DNA of 64,000 nt from Octopus vulgaris (GCA_951406725.2 OX597827.1:3720001-3784000); one strand, 5' to 3'. Positions 13,581 to 28,585 are shown, counted from the stretch's first letter. Numbers and translations: made by a program. Notes: generated by a model from the letters alone, not told the origin.

Positions 13581-14036
13581 TGAAGTACATACACACACAC
13601 ACACATAGACACATATATATATGTTTGTATCTTGTTGAAAAACACATGAAGAATACATAGGATAATGTAATGCTGAAATATGAGAATATGGTAGGATGGT
13701 CATGCAAGGGCTGTCACAGCAGCATTATTGGTCCCCAAGTATATCAATGAACTGGGCCTTATAGTATATATTTATCGAGAGCAAATCACAGCATAAATAG
13801 ATTTGAATCGGGGTCCGACACCAGTGAGGATCCTGGACAACTACCCAGTGCACCCATGTCTTAAGGCAGTCTTGATGGTCAATAGCTGGAACGTTTTTGA
13901 ATGATGGCTTGCTAAATTAAATCTGATCTGGGGTTAAAGAACTTCAGGAACTCTCTCTCTCTCTCCTTCACCCTCCCCTCTCCCCCCCTCTCCTCCCCTC
14001 CCCCTCTCTTTCTCATAAGTCATAATGTTTATAAGA

Positions 14037-14412
14037 GTGTGACCATGTTGGGGCACTGCCTTGAAAAACTTTTAGTTGGATGAATTGACCCCAGTACATT
14101 TTTTATATTTATTTTTAAGCCTGGTATGTATTCCATCAGTCTCCTTTGTCAAAATGCTAAGCTATGGGGACATAAACACACCAACACCATTTATCAAACA
14201 AGTGGGGACAAACACACAGATGCAAAGACACACACACACACTCATATATGTATATATGATGGGCTTCTTTTAGCTTTTGTCTACCAAATCCACTCACAAG
14301 GCTTTGATCAGCCCAAAGGCTTGTGACCAAATAGTAGAAGGCACTTGCCTAAGGTACCACGAACATGGTACCATGTGGTTGGGAAGCAGGCTTCTTACCA
14401 CACAGCCATGCT
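14037..14412 (-). mobile_element. SINE family A, near full length, diverged
   Basis: Colinear with the 30864-31255 copy. Confidence 0.85.
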
Positions 14413-14987
14413 TGGGCCATTTATAATTATTTATTATTTATTATTCACTATTCTATGCTGACCTGTTACACAGCATCACACTATGCTCCACCTCTTCATA
14501 TACCTTTACATCAAACCACATTACCCAACACTTGACCACCACTTTTCATTGTAGAGTGAATATCAATAAATCTGCTGTGAAGATGACTGTTGATAGTAAT
14601 ACAAATATGCATGAATTCATGTTGATTGCTTATACACAGTTTTGTGTATGTACATGTGTGTGTGCATGAGAGTAAGTGCGTGTGTATGTGTGTGTGCATA
14701 AGTATGAGTGTATGTGTGTTTGTATATATTTGTTTACATAAATATGAAAGAAGATAGAAAGGAAAAGAAAAAAACTAGACAGAGAAAACAAGATATTGTG
14801 AATATATACACTATGTATGCCTATATATATGTATACATACGTGTGTATATATATATATATATAAATATTAGAGAGTGACCACTATGTGGTTCACTCTAGT
14901 GCTGTATCCCTTGGTTTTTATGTGCTAAGCCACTTGGTGTTAAATTGATGGTATTATTAAATTAATATCAAGTTTTTCACCCTCATT

Positions 14988-15018
<31 letters not shown>

Positions 15019-15086
15019 TTCTGTTATTTCCTTTACTGGTATCAGTCATTAGACTGTAGCCATGCTGGGGTACTGCCTTGAATATA

Positions 15087-15291
15087 TATGAGGGGGTGCT
15101 GAAAAGTCCATAGCTTTAAGGGTATCAAGAAGGGCCTGGCTGGAGGCCCAGCCATCCAAGTTCTTCTACAGAGCCAAGTAAAACTGAGGGTCCACTGCAA
15201 TAAGTGTGTGGATCTGAGAGGGGAATAAAATCATAATCAACTAATCCTCCTGTATTTTCTTTTACCCCAAACCAGGAACTTTTCAGCCCCC
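15087..15291 (+). mobile_element. Mariner-derived MITE (internally deleted)
   Basis: Ends GAGGGGGTGCTGAAAAGT...GGAACTTTTCAGCCCCC; internal aataagtgtgtggatctgagagggg resembles a transposase C-terminal KCVxLxG; second copy at 62470-62691. Confidence 0.75.
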
Positions 15292-15412
15292 GCCCCCCGG
15301 CTCCTATGTATATATGAGTATATATGAATATATATATATATATATATAAACAGACTAGATAGATAGATAAGTATATATTTATGCATGTGTGTGTGTGTAT
15401 AAATATATATGT

Positions 15413-15463
<51 letters not shown>

Positions 15464-15513
15464 AAGAAGAGATAGATATGTAAACATTTAAGTATGTATA
15501 TATATACATATAT

Positions 15514-15556
<43 letters not shown>

Positions 15557-15933
15557 AGAGAAACATTCATACATACATAAGTATATAAATATAATCATAC
15601 ACATATATATCAACATATACATAAATACTTGCATATATAGATACATACATACACACATAAGTGTGTATGTATGATGCACATACAGATATATATAAATAAT
15701 TTTATAAATATATATGTATATAATGTAAATATATACTTATATTTTCATACATGCACATCCAACTACAATGCACGTACATTCACAAGCATACATATTCCCA
15801 CACATGTGCATTTGTGTGTATGTATATAAATATATATATATATATATATATACATATAGATACGTATATATGTATATATATATATATACATGTGTGTGTA
15901 TGTATATGTATAGATATGTGTGTATATACATAC

Positions 15934-16227
<294 letters not shown>

Positions 16228-16484
16228 ACACTTGGTATAAAAATAATGACTGTTGATACATTGATAAAACATTAACGGAAGACCAACAAACTATATTTCT
16301 TTACAAAGTCAAGCTATTAACGTTCAAACTATCCTCGTAATATTTTGACTTAAAACTTTCTCCAAAAATTGGTTTCACAGAAGTGTGTTGTGTATAGTTT
16401 TTGTTGTTGGTTTCTGTGTCCTTTTTTTTCTTTTAGTTATTTGTTTTTTTTAAGAATTCCTGTCAAAGTATAGGCGACACTTAC

Positions 16485-16615
16485 CGATTCTTGTACTGGT
16501 GGGGTTTTTGGTTTTCAGTTTAGTTGCTTATTTGAGAAAAGTGTATCCTTCTGTAGAGTTAGTTTTGCAGTCTGTGCTGGCTGGCTGCTGATACGTGCTG
16601 CCAGTGAGTGATTGG
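16485..16615 (-). promoter_or_regulatory. Candidate promoter and non-coding first exon on the minus strand
   Basis: Unique-sequence island between microsatellites; CCAAT (ATTGG at 16611-16615), then consensus donor CG|GTAAGT at 16485/16484. Confidence 0.35.
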
Positions 16616-17030
16616 TGTTAAATGTGGCTTCGTCTATGTTGTTATGGACGTGAGAGAAAGAGAGATGCAGAGAGAGATGCAGAGAGAGATAGAGGGGGAA
16701 ATGAAGAAAGGAGCTAAAGAGAGAGAGACAGAGAGAGAGGGGGAATAGATAGACACAGAGATAGATAGCAAGATAGATTGTGTTTTGAATGTGTATATGA
16801 GATTTGCACGTGCATGTGTGAGTCCATTTATCCATCCATCTATCTGTCTATCTGTCTATGTATGTATGTATATATGTATGTGTGCATGTATGTATGTATG
16901 TATATATGTATCTATATATGTATGTATGTATATATGTATGTATGTATGTATGTATCTATATAAGTGTGCATGTATGTATGTATATATTACATATAAGTAT
17001 GTGTATACATGTATATATTTTTGTATTTGT

Positions 17031-17080
<50 letters not shown>

Positions 17081-18249
17081 GTATATACACATATATATAT
17101 GGATGTGTATGAAAGTATATATTGTCAGTTCTATCTATTTAATTTTCTCTCTTGTTGTGCTGTGTGTATATCTGTGCATGCATACTTGTGTTCGTGTGTG
17201 TATATGTATGCGTAGATGTATATTATTTGTATATATATTTGGAGTTTGTTGCAGACAATGACAAGCTCATTTGTGGTTCCAAATAGGAAAGGAAACAGAA
17301 CCCTTCTGTTTTCTTCTGTAAGCTTTAAGACACAACTCTTCAACTCTTCCCCACCCCCCACCAACCTCCCCCTCTTTCCCTTTCTCTGTCTCTCTGCAAC
17401 ACAGTCTCTCTCTATCTTCCTCTCTCTTTCTCCCTTCCCCTCTCTCTTTCTCTAAGACTCAACTAATGTAATAGTGTGCATGTAAATAGGAAAAAAAAAT
17501 TTTTATTTTCAGTGGTTTATCAACAGCATCTATAACAAACTCTGTATTATCGATAAAGATAAATAAAATAACATAAAAAAAAATAAGTCCATCCAACAAA
17601 CAATAATAACATATATATATAAATATATATATATATATACACACACACATTCTTTTTTAAAAATAACAACAGCAACAACGTGCAAATGAAAAAGAAAATT
17701 TTAAACAAATTAACAAGAATAAAGGAAAAAATAAAAAAAAATATCGCAATATAAGTTTAAAAAATAAAACGATAAAGAATTTATACAATAAAATACACAC
17801 ACATATACACACACATACGCACACTCATACACATGTATGTATGTATATGACGCACAAAAATTCTACATTGTATACATACATGTATCAGAAAAAAATATTA
17901 ACAAAAAAATAATGAAATTTGGCCATAGTTGAAATTGTATGTATGTGTATATGTATGTACATATCTGTGTGTTTATGCATTTGTATATGTATATACATAC
18001 ACTCATACTCATATATATATATACATATGTATATAAATTTGATATATTTGTGTGTGTACTCAGTGTGATTGTGAGAAAAGCTAAAATAATGAAGTTTGTA
18101 GAAAATTAAGGTGAAATGGTGATAGCAATGGTGATGATGGAGATAATGGTGGCATGGTGATGGTGGTAATAGTGATGATTGTGTGAGTGGTCTTAGTGGT
18201 AGGTTTGGATGAAGAAAAAAATATAGGGAAAGAAAAGGGAGAGAGGATG

Positions 18250-18380
18250 GAAGTGGTGAAAAAAATATCTAGGGAGAGCAAGTAAGGAAGAGGTAGGTGA
18301 GGGTAGGGTAGAGGCTATTCAAAAATTCAGAAGGAGTAAAAAGGCATTTCAGAGTAGGGTGGGAGAATGTAGAGGGATAT
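18250..18380 (+). repeat. About 125-bp direct repeat, copy 2
   Basis: See 13458-13580. Confidence 0.85.
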
Positions 18381-18621
18381 GGGAGGATATATAAGTGTGT
18401 GTGTATGTGTGTGAATGTGTGTGTGTGTGTGTGTGCGTATGTAAGTTGATCTTTCAGATAAGGGATAAGTTTTTTTAAAAAACATGGAGGAAAAGTGTTT
18501 GAGGGTGGGGTGTATTCTTTATATTTTGAGAAGGATGATTTAATGTTTTAAAAAGGCTTGATTTATGCCTTGTTCTTACCATTTTAAATTTCTTTTAGCC
18601 ATTATTATTATTATTATTATC

Positions 18622-18704
<83 letters not shown>

Positions 18705-19560
18705 TATTATTATTATTATTATTATATATCTTATGTATATTATGTATCACATTGTTGTTGTTGTTGCTGTTGCTTAAAGTTATAAGATAAAACTGGAATT
18801 ATAGACACACCGTTTACATTATCGAACATACCAGTATTTTTTGAATTTTATTTCATGGTTTTTCTTCTTTTTTTAACCCGCCCCCACCACATATTTTGAT
18901 CAACGAAAAATTTTTAATATCTTTTCAGCAGAGAAACAACAACAACAAAAAAAAAGGGAAGCAAAATAGCATAAAATAAAAATTATAATAAAAAAAGATA
19001 TTGGAAAAAGAATTTTTAAGGGAGAAAGTCGAGAAAATAAAATCACTGAAACTGCCTTTTCTTCCCCCTTCCCCTCACCACTACCATCTTCTCCACTGCC
19101 ACCAAAAATTTTCCTACTGAAATAAAATCGAATGATGTAAAAAAAATAATATAACATTTAAAAAAATGTAAAAATAAAAAAACAAAATACTGGAGAGGGA
19201 AAAATTGGAAAGATAAAGAAAGATAATGAAAAAGAGAGAGAAAAAGTGAAACATTTTCATTTTTTTCTGTATATTTTAATTTTATTATTATTATTATTAT
19301 CATTATTATTATAGTTATATATTTTTTCTTTCTAGAAGTATGGATTTACATTCTAGAATGAACTAAGGAACAATATTATAAGATAAAGGACTTATTGATT
19401 TTTTTTCCCCCTTCATACTGTAAAAGATTTCTATCCCCAAATTTTTTCCCTATTTTTCTCTAAAAATAAAATGAAGGGATATTATATATATATATGCATG
19501 TGCGTGTGTGTGTGTGTAGGGGGCATAAAGTCTTCTTATCAGATTCACCAGAATATTGCC

Positions 19561-19662
<102 letters not shown>

Positions 19663-19740
19663 TACACATATATATGTGTGTGTGTGTGTATATATATACA
19701 CATACATACATGCATACACACACATACATAAATACATGTC

Positions 19741-19798
<58 letters not shown>

Positions 19799-20178
19799 TG
19801 TGTATACATACAAGCACACAGACATACATATTTATATATATATATATTTGTGTGTGTGTGTGTGTGTGTGTGGAAAGCTATGCAGATATATGTGTACACA
19901 AACACAAAATGAAGTTCTCTATGACCATCATATGTATGTATGAATATACATGTATGTGTGTTTGTACATATGTATGTATGAGTGTATGTATGTATGCATG
20001 TATGTATGTGTGTATGCATGTACATATTTATGAAGGTTTGAATGCATAGAAAATGAATGCTTGCCTACACACAATCACTCACAATGCAGAAACACATGTA
20101 GACACACAAATGAAAATCCTTTAAAAAAATTTGGACACACTTATATAACTATATGAACCTCTCTCTCTCTCTCTATAC

Positions 20179-20260
<82 letters not shown>

Positions 20261-20763
20261 TTCATACACACAAATGGTTTGTGAGTATATGAGGCACACA
20301 AAGATATTAAAAAATGTTTATATCATACCAGGATGTATGATTTTAATAAGATTTCAAAGTCAATATTGCTGGCAAATTTGAGAAATTTTTTTTATCAATT
20401 TTCATAAAAGTGTGTTTCTATTAAGCTGATTGCAAAGAAACAGCAATTAGAAGTGAAATACCTTGTCCATTCCATATTTATTGCCTATATTGGCTGTCAA
20501 CTTAGAAATTGAAAAACTCAATCATATTTTGAACTAAAGTAAAATATCAGAAAATATATTTCAAATAAAAAAAAGATATGCAAATTCCTATAAATCACGT
20601 ATTTATGTGTGTGTGTGTGTGTGTGTGTATTAGTATATACATCTATATATATATATTAATCAATGTATGTGTATATATATATTGATTATAGATGCACAAT
20701 TTTTGGCTGATATATGTATATATATATATGTATATATATATATACATGTACACACACACACAT

Positions 20764-20805
<42 letters not shown>

Positions 20806-20817
20806 GTACACACACAC

Positions 20818-20899
<82 letters not shown>

Positions 20900-21379
20900 G
20901 AGAAAGAGGGAGGGAGATAGATAGATAGATAGATAGATATGATTACAAATGCATAGATTTTGCACATGTATATATATATATATATAGACATTGATATGTG
21001 TTATGCGTATATATGTGCATACACACACACACACGAACACACATATGCATGTATGTGTATATATATATATATGTATGTATATAAAACTACAGAAATGTAT
21101 TGAAACAGAAGAAAAATACTCCCAACTTTCAGTTACCCATAAGTTCCTTAGTCTATGTCTCCATTTATTTTCCTTATGATAGTCCTGGAAATAAAATCTC
21201 CTATAATTTTAACATACTAAGTTGGAAGATTTGATATTAGACTATGTCATCTTCAATCTCTGGGATGTTCACCATGGCAGATATGTTAGTCATTTTCTTA
21301 TTTCCCTTTGTCTCTCTCCCCTTTTTTTATCTGTCACTCTCTCTCCCTTCTCTCTCACACATACACACTCTGTTTACAT

Positions 21380-22300
<921 letters not shown>

Positions 22301-22829
22301 TAGGTTCTGCATTTATTCTCTTTCTATCTACGCATACGTTTACTTCACTTTTCAATTTTCTTCACTTATTCCTGATTTCTCTTCACAACTTTGTTTTACA
22401 CCCATTTATTTTCTCTGAAAGAACTATTTTTCTTTTATTTCTTAAATCCATCTGTGTGTGTGTAGACACGTGTGCATATACGTGCATGTGTGTGCATCTG
22501 TTTGCTTGAGTCTCCTTCTGCACATCTCATTCTAAATATATTGTATGCACGTGTTTGCCTCTCTTTCTTTATGTATATGCATATCTGCGTGTATATATGC
22601 ATATGCATGTCAGTGTGTATATATGCATATGCATGTCCTAATGTTAACTTTCAGTTTCCCTATCAATATTTTAATCCTGCACAGTTTTTTTTACTGATCA
22701 ATTTTCACAATCTTCACACATTCTATATACCTCACTTGATATTCTTATATCTAATACTTATTTATCCCAGCTCTTCCCATTCCTTTTTCTCTATCTGTCT
22801 CAAGGGACTCTTTGTATGTATGGGTGTGT

Positions 22830-22866
<37 letters not shown>

Positions 22867-22905
22867 TCTATGTGTTTACATGAATGTCTTTCTCACTTTT
22901 TAATA

Positions 22906-22942
<37 letters not shown>

Positions 22943-24244
22943 AGTCAAGAGAAAGAGTCAAAGACAGAGAGAGAGAGAGAGAAAGACATGGAGAGCGTGT
23001 GTGCGTATGAATGAGAGAGAGAGTGTTTGCATGTATTAAAAGCAATGTTAAGCAAAAGAGAACTCGATGTTAATTTGAAGAGTACTATATATTTATTATT
23101 AAAGTTGGATATTTTGTCCTTACCTTGCAACTACCTGAAGCATCATCTATGTGTGAAACTAATAGATGTATTATAATGACAGAAAATCCAGCTATTAATG
23201 TACATGTGTACACCTTTATATATAGATGCACACACATAAACACATACATGGTTTATCATTTCATGAAATGACAAGGATCCATAGAGCCAATACATAACTC
23301 TGGTTTCTAAAGTGTTAACCAGATGCGAGATAAATATTCCCCTGGGTGGGATGCTAGTCTATTGTATCTCCATTCACTCTCTCCTCATCTCAAACATCTA
23401 CCCCTCCATTTTCCAGCCTCTTCCTCACCGAAAATTCATTATGTAGTCTTCACAAGTAGGAGTAACGAAGGTATGCAGAATAATGAATTGCTGTGTCCAG
23501 AGACATAATTAAAAGCCTACAGCAGATATAATGTATTTATGGCACCTTAACAAAGCAATTTGATGCCTGATCCACTTAGCTGGTTCATCTTTATGCACAC
23601 TTAGACACACATGTGCACGCTCTCACGTACAAACACACGCATACAGACACACTCATACAAATACACACACATGCACACACTCATACACCCACGCATGCAC
23701 ACATACACACTCACACACACACAAAGCCAGAAATACAATACAAACTTCCATTTTCTCGGTTATTTGTTTTTTGCATACAAAAGCATGAAAATGTAGTGTA
23801 TGCATCGTGTCTGTCATAATTGCTTGTTGGTCAATGGAATTATTTCATTATAACTAAAGGTTTCATGTAACTGATTTTTATAGTTGCCAGTAAAGTCAAG
23901 CACACAAAATCCTTAGGTGCAATCAATTAATTAATTCTATTAACCAGCATATACCTATGTATGTATACTTACATGTATATATGTATGTTTGTATAAGTAT
24001 TCTTTTACTCTTTTACTTGCCATGGTGGGGCACCACCACCTTAAAGGGTTTTAGATGAAGAAATCAACCCCAGGACTTCTTCTTTGTAAGCTTAGTACTT
24101 GTTCTATCGGTCTCTTTTGCCGAATCGCTAAGTTACGGAGACATAAACACACCAGCATCAGCGTCAAGTGGTGGCAGAGGGGAAATGTAAATATATACAT
24201 ATACAAAGTTTGTTTTAGAAGCATTGAGATGTATTCAAAGATAC

Positions 24245-24438
24245 AGATAAGGCAATAATTTTATTCTCAAATGCAGGATAATGCTAATAATATAGCGTGA
24301 ACTGGATAAACTAACTGTGAGTTCCAGTCCCATGGCTGGCTGCCAACATATGTTTCTACAAAATATGGATGGCTTATCCTGTTCATACTATATTATTAGC
24401 ATTATTCTGTGTTTGACAATAAAATTATTGCTTTATCT
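24245..24438. repeat. Foldback element with about 65-bp imperfect inverted arms
   Basis: agataaggcaataattttattctcaaatgcaggataatgctaataatatagcgtgaactggataa versus the reverse complement of 24374-24438. Confidence 0.8.
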
Positions 24439-24458
24439 ATATCTATATACATATATAT

Positions 24459-24506
<48 letters not shown>

Positions 24507-24511
24507 TTTTT

Positions 24512-24592
24512 CCGATGGCCGGATAACTGAAGAGATGGTGGCGTGGATTTCCACCTCAGCATCTGAAACTCGGAGTTTTATCTTGGCTACCG
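24512..24592 (+). ncRNA. Type I hammerhead ribozyme motif (Penelope-like)
   Basis: Stem I gccggataa/ttatcttggc; CTGAAGA 24527-24533; stem II GATG..GTGG-ATTT-CCAC..CATC; GAAAC 24565-24569; near-palindromic stem III ACTCGGAGT; GUU triplet. One extra U precedes GAAA. Confidence 0.65.
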
Positions 24593-24621
24593 AATAATTG
24601 TCACATATTATATTTACAGTA

Positions 24622-24675
<54 letters not shown>

Positions 24676-25248
24676 TATATATTAATTAGTAGAAAGCGTA
24701 GAATTAGTAGAATATTTTTGTGAGTTATTTACATTTTGGTTTAATTTTTTTTTGAGTGTGTTTTGTTTAATAAAAATTTTGATAGAATTTTTTATCTTTT
24801 ACTTGTTTCAGCCATTGGGTCTTGGCCATGCTTCAGTACTTCAATGAAAATGATCAACCTCAGTGTTTATTTTGTTAAGCTTGGTACTCTTTCTATCAGG
24901 CTATTTTCTAAAGAGCTTGATAGGACATGAACAAACCTACAGCAGCTGTTAAATGTGTCTGTTAAACACAGACACAAATACGCCCCCCCCCCCCCACATA
25001 CACACACACATACATACATAAGAAAATGAGATGATGAAGGAATAAATTATTATCTTATGTACTTCATTAGCTTACAGTTGTTTCTGCTATAGGACACAGT
25101 GGGCTGATATAGGATGCAGTTGAGCACCAATTTTTTCCCAAATAAATTGCACTTCATATTTGAGACTCCCATGAAGCTATAAGGTGTTAACTCAGGTATT
25201 CAACTATGATTCCACTGCATTTTATATCACAAATATCTGTAAGCTGTA

Positions 25249-25647
25249 GGCATAGGAGTGGCTGTGTGGTAAGTAGCTTGCTTACCAACCACATGGTTCT
25301 GGGTTCAGTCCCACTGCGTGTCACCTTGGGCAAGTGTCTTCTACTATAGCCTCGAGCCGACCAAAAACTTGTGAGTGAATTTGGAAGACGGAAACTGAAA
25401 GAAGCTCGTCGTATATTTGTATATATGTATATGTGTGAGTGTTGGTGTTTGTCCCCCAACATCATTTGACAATCGATGCTAGTGTGTTTATGTCCCTGTA
25501 ACTTAGCGGTTCGGCAAAAGAGACTGATAGAATAAGTACTAGGCTTACAAAGAATTTATCCTGAGTTCGATTTTCTCGACTAAAGGCAGTGCTCCAGTAT
25601 GGCCACAGTCAAATGACTGAATCAAGTAAAAGAGTAAAAGAGTAAGA
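25249..25647 (+). mobile_element. SINE family A, full length (tRNA-derived head, CORE-like GCACCTTGGGCAAGT block, LINE-derived tail)
   Basis: A box TGGCTGTGTGG, B box GGTTCAGTCCC, internal microsatellite, tail CCAGTATGGCCACAGTCAAATGACTGA and (GTAAAAGA)n; resembles octopus OK/OR-type SINEs. Confidence 0.9.
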
Positions 25648-26444
25648 GGGAAAGCTAATGAAGTTCATAAGCTAATTGTACTTGATTAACACTTCATTCT
25701 GAGGCATATGTATATTGGGTTCAATAGCAGGTTATTAGTCTTGCAATACCCAAGCGAAATACTAAAACACACACACACACACACACATATGATTCAGTAC
25801 TTCAATCAAATATACACACATGCTAATTTATTCAATAATTTGTATGCCTTTGATTCATAAAATATAATCTATGTTATAAAGCAAGACAAATAATATTGTA
25901 CTCAGAATATAACTACAAAATAAATGAACTAAATATTGCAACAATTCAAAACTGAAGTGCAAATTAGCGAATTGTCACCTCAATTTGCCTATGATGCGAA
26001 ATGAGCTGTCTGTAATAAAAAGAATCAGTCCATCACTATGAGTTGATGTATACCTACATTACCTGTATACCTACATCACCTGGTAGAGTCCATGATGTGT
26101 TTTTTTTTTCTCCAGTTGAATCAATGTAAGCTTAAATAATTAACATCACATGATGAAATAGTGTCCATGGATTGGATGACATTAAACAATGTTTTGCGTC
26201 GAGACAACTGGGGTTGTCTCATATATATATATATATACATACATGCTTCAGTACTTTAATCAAATATAAACATATGTTGATTTATTCAGTAATTTGTATG
26301 CATTTGATCCATGAAATATATTCTATGTATGGTTTGCATATTTTAAAAGTGTTTGAGATCAGGTGAATTTGTTGCTTCATGTACCCTTCTTTTGTCCTGC
26401 ATTCAATACAAAACATCTAAAGAGAAAAGCTCTTCCCCATATGT

Positions 26445-26493
26445 CCTCCTCCTCCTTGTGATCGTCATCATTGCTGTCATTGTCAGCATCACT

Positions 26494-26529
<36 letters not shown>

Positions 26530-26556
26530 GTCGTCGTCGTCGTCGTCGTCATCGTG

Positions 26557-26612
<56 letters not shown>
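26445..26612. repeat. (ATC)n/(GTC)n microsatellite
   Basis: Direct reading. Confidence 0.95.
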
Positions 26613-26977
26613 AATATCAACTTTTCATTCTTGGTCATGCTTCAGTACTCCAATAAAAAAAAATCAACCTCAGTGTTTATTTTGTTAAGCTTGGTACTCT
26701 TTCTATCAGGCTCTTTTCTAAAGAGCCTGATAGGACATTAACAGACCTATCTGGATAGGTTGTTGTGATCTGAATTAGTTCTTCTCTGGAGTATATTTTG
26801 GTATGGTTTCTATGCCTTTCCCATCAGCGACCATATTACAGATTATACTGGATAAATTTTATCATGCCACAAGCATTTTTGCTGTTTCCTTGTGACCCAC
26901 AACACAAAAACTGTCTCAACTTCGATGTAGATATACATACATACATGCATACATACATACATACATGTCTTATAGGT

Positions 26978-27400
26978 GGAGACATAGCTGGGTGGTTAAG
27001 AAACTCGTTTTGCAACCACATGGTTTCATGTTCAGTCCCACTGTGTAGGACTTTGGGCAAGTGTCTTCTACTATAGCCTCAGATTCACTAATGTCTTCTG
27101 AGTGAATTTGGTAGGTGGAAACTGTGTGCAAGCCTACTGTATATGTACATATAACATGTATGCATTTGTGCGTGTATGTGTATATATACATATGTGTGTG
27201 TGTTTGTCCTCCTCCACAACTGGACAACCAGTGCTGGCTTGTTTGCATCCCTGTAACTTAGTGGTTTGGCAAAGAGACTGATAGAATAAGTACCAAACTT
27301 TACAAAAAAATGAGTACTAGGGTCAACTTGCTTGACTAAACCTTTCAAGGCAATGCCCCAGCATGGCCACAAACCAGTGACTGAAGCAAGTAAAAAAATA
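26978..27400 (+). mobile_element. SINE family A, full length, diverged
   Basis: Colinear with 25249-25647. Confidence 0.85.
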
Positions 27401-27416
27401 AAGAAAACAAGATATG

Positions 27417-27465
<49 letters not shown>

Positions 27466-27494
27466 ATGCATTTACATTATATTTATTTGATACA

Positions 27495-27845
27495 TTGATT
27501 GATTGATTGATTCTAGTTTCAGCTTATGAGCTGTGGCCATGCTGGGGCACCGCCATTTGGTGTTGCTACTTGGTTTTACTTCACGAAAGCTTTTTAGCAA
27601 CTGCCATTTGGTGCATGAGAGAGTTCGATGCAGCTGCCCTCATCTGCACCTCCTGCCGTGAAGTTGGTTCATCTGGGACACCTGACAGGAAGAGATCCAG
27701 TTCCATTTTAAAGACATCTGCATCCACCCCATGCAGGTCTCTCAGGTTCTTCGGGAGGATATTGAAGAGCTGTGGGCCACGGAAGCTCAGGCTATCACAG
27801 TATCTTGTCCTACATCTTGATGGCAAATTTGGAGTCCTAGGCATG
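27495..27845 (-). mobile_element. 5'-truncated CR1/L2-like LINE 3' end
   Basis: ORF SLSFRGPQLFNILPKNLRD...FKMELDLFL (typical LINE ORF2 C-terminus), followed by 3' UTR GGCGGTGCCCCAGCATGGCCACAGCTCATAAGCTGAAAC and an (ATCA)n tail. Confidence 0.8.
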
Positions 27846-27856
27846 TTTGTATATTT

Positions 27857-28088
27857 ATTTCTTTATTGCCCACAAGGGGGCTAAACATAGAGGGAACAAA
27901 CGAGGACAGACAAGGGATTAAGTCGATTGCATCGACCCCAGTATGCAACTGGTACTTTATTTATCGACCCCAAAATGATGAAAGGCAAAGTCGACCTTGG
28001 CGGAATTTGAACTCAGAACGTAGTGGCAGACAAAATACTGCTAAGCATTTTGCCCAGCATGCAAACGATTCTACCAGCTCACAGCCCT
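27857..28088 (-). mobile_element. SINE family B, full length
   Basis: Head GAGCTGGTAGAATCGTT, B box GAGTTCAAATTCC, central GCCTTTCATC...GGTCGATAAATAAAGTACCAG block (resembles the conserved Meta/MESC SINE domain). Confidence 0.88.
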
Positions 28089-28396
28089 ATTTACAGCAAT
28101 AATATACATGTTTGTATATTATTGCTGCATTCTTGTAGTTTGGTTTTTAACTGACTGGATGTTGTCATGCTGGAGTAGAATTTCAAATTTAAATTTACAA
28201 AATCACTCATTATGTGAAATAATTAATTGCCTGGAACATAAAGAATTTACAAAAATGTTAAGTACATTTCTGAACTTTACAAGAGCAATTTATGATAGCA
28301 TCTAGATACATCTTTTAGTCTTCACTTTGCAGCGAATGAACACACAGCCCCTTAGTTTGGAAAAGTACTGTAAGACGAAGGAAGATCAGTATGGGT

Positions 28397-28434
<38 letters not shown>

Positions 28435-28529
28435 GTGTGTATGCATCAAATAACTGAGAGAATTGGAGAGAGAGAGAGAGGAGATGGTAGTAAGGAATAG
28501 GTGCGGAGAAGGAGAGTGATACACTGTAC

Positions 28530-28585
28530 CTCAGAACAATTTTGATTACTTGTCCATTTTCTAAACAAGCAAGACTTTCTTCCAT
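28530..28585 (-). CDS. Candidate first coding exon (MEESLACLENGQVIKIVLR, phase-2 donor)
   Basis: AAAAACATGG start context, 56-nt open frame, donor AG|GTACAG; no partner exon identified. Confidence 0.3.

Noticed and set aside
13706-13874. hAT-like MITE (also 61505-61634)
   Set aside because: Terminal repeats are too degenerate and no 8-bp TSD was found
23124-23134. 11-nt minus-strand microexon with AAG|GTAAGG donor
   Set aside because: Weak polypyrimidine tract, not frame-preserving, and easily arises by chance
25249-25325. tRNA genes at SINE heads (also 34425-34501 and 61870-61935)
   Set aside because: Only A/B boxes are retained, there is no full cloverleaf, and each continues into a repeat body
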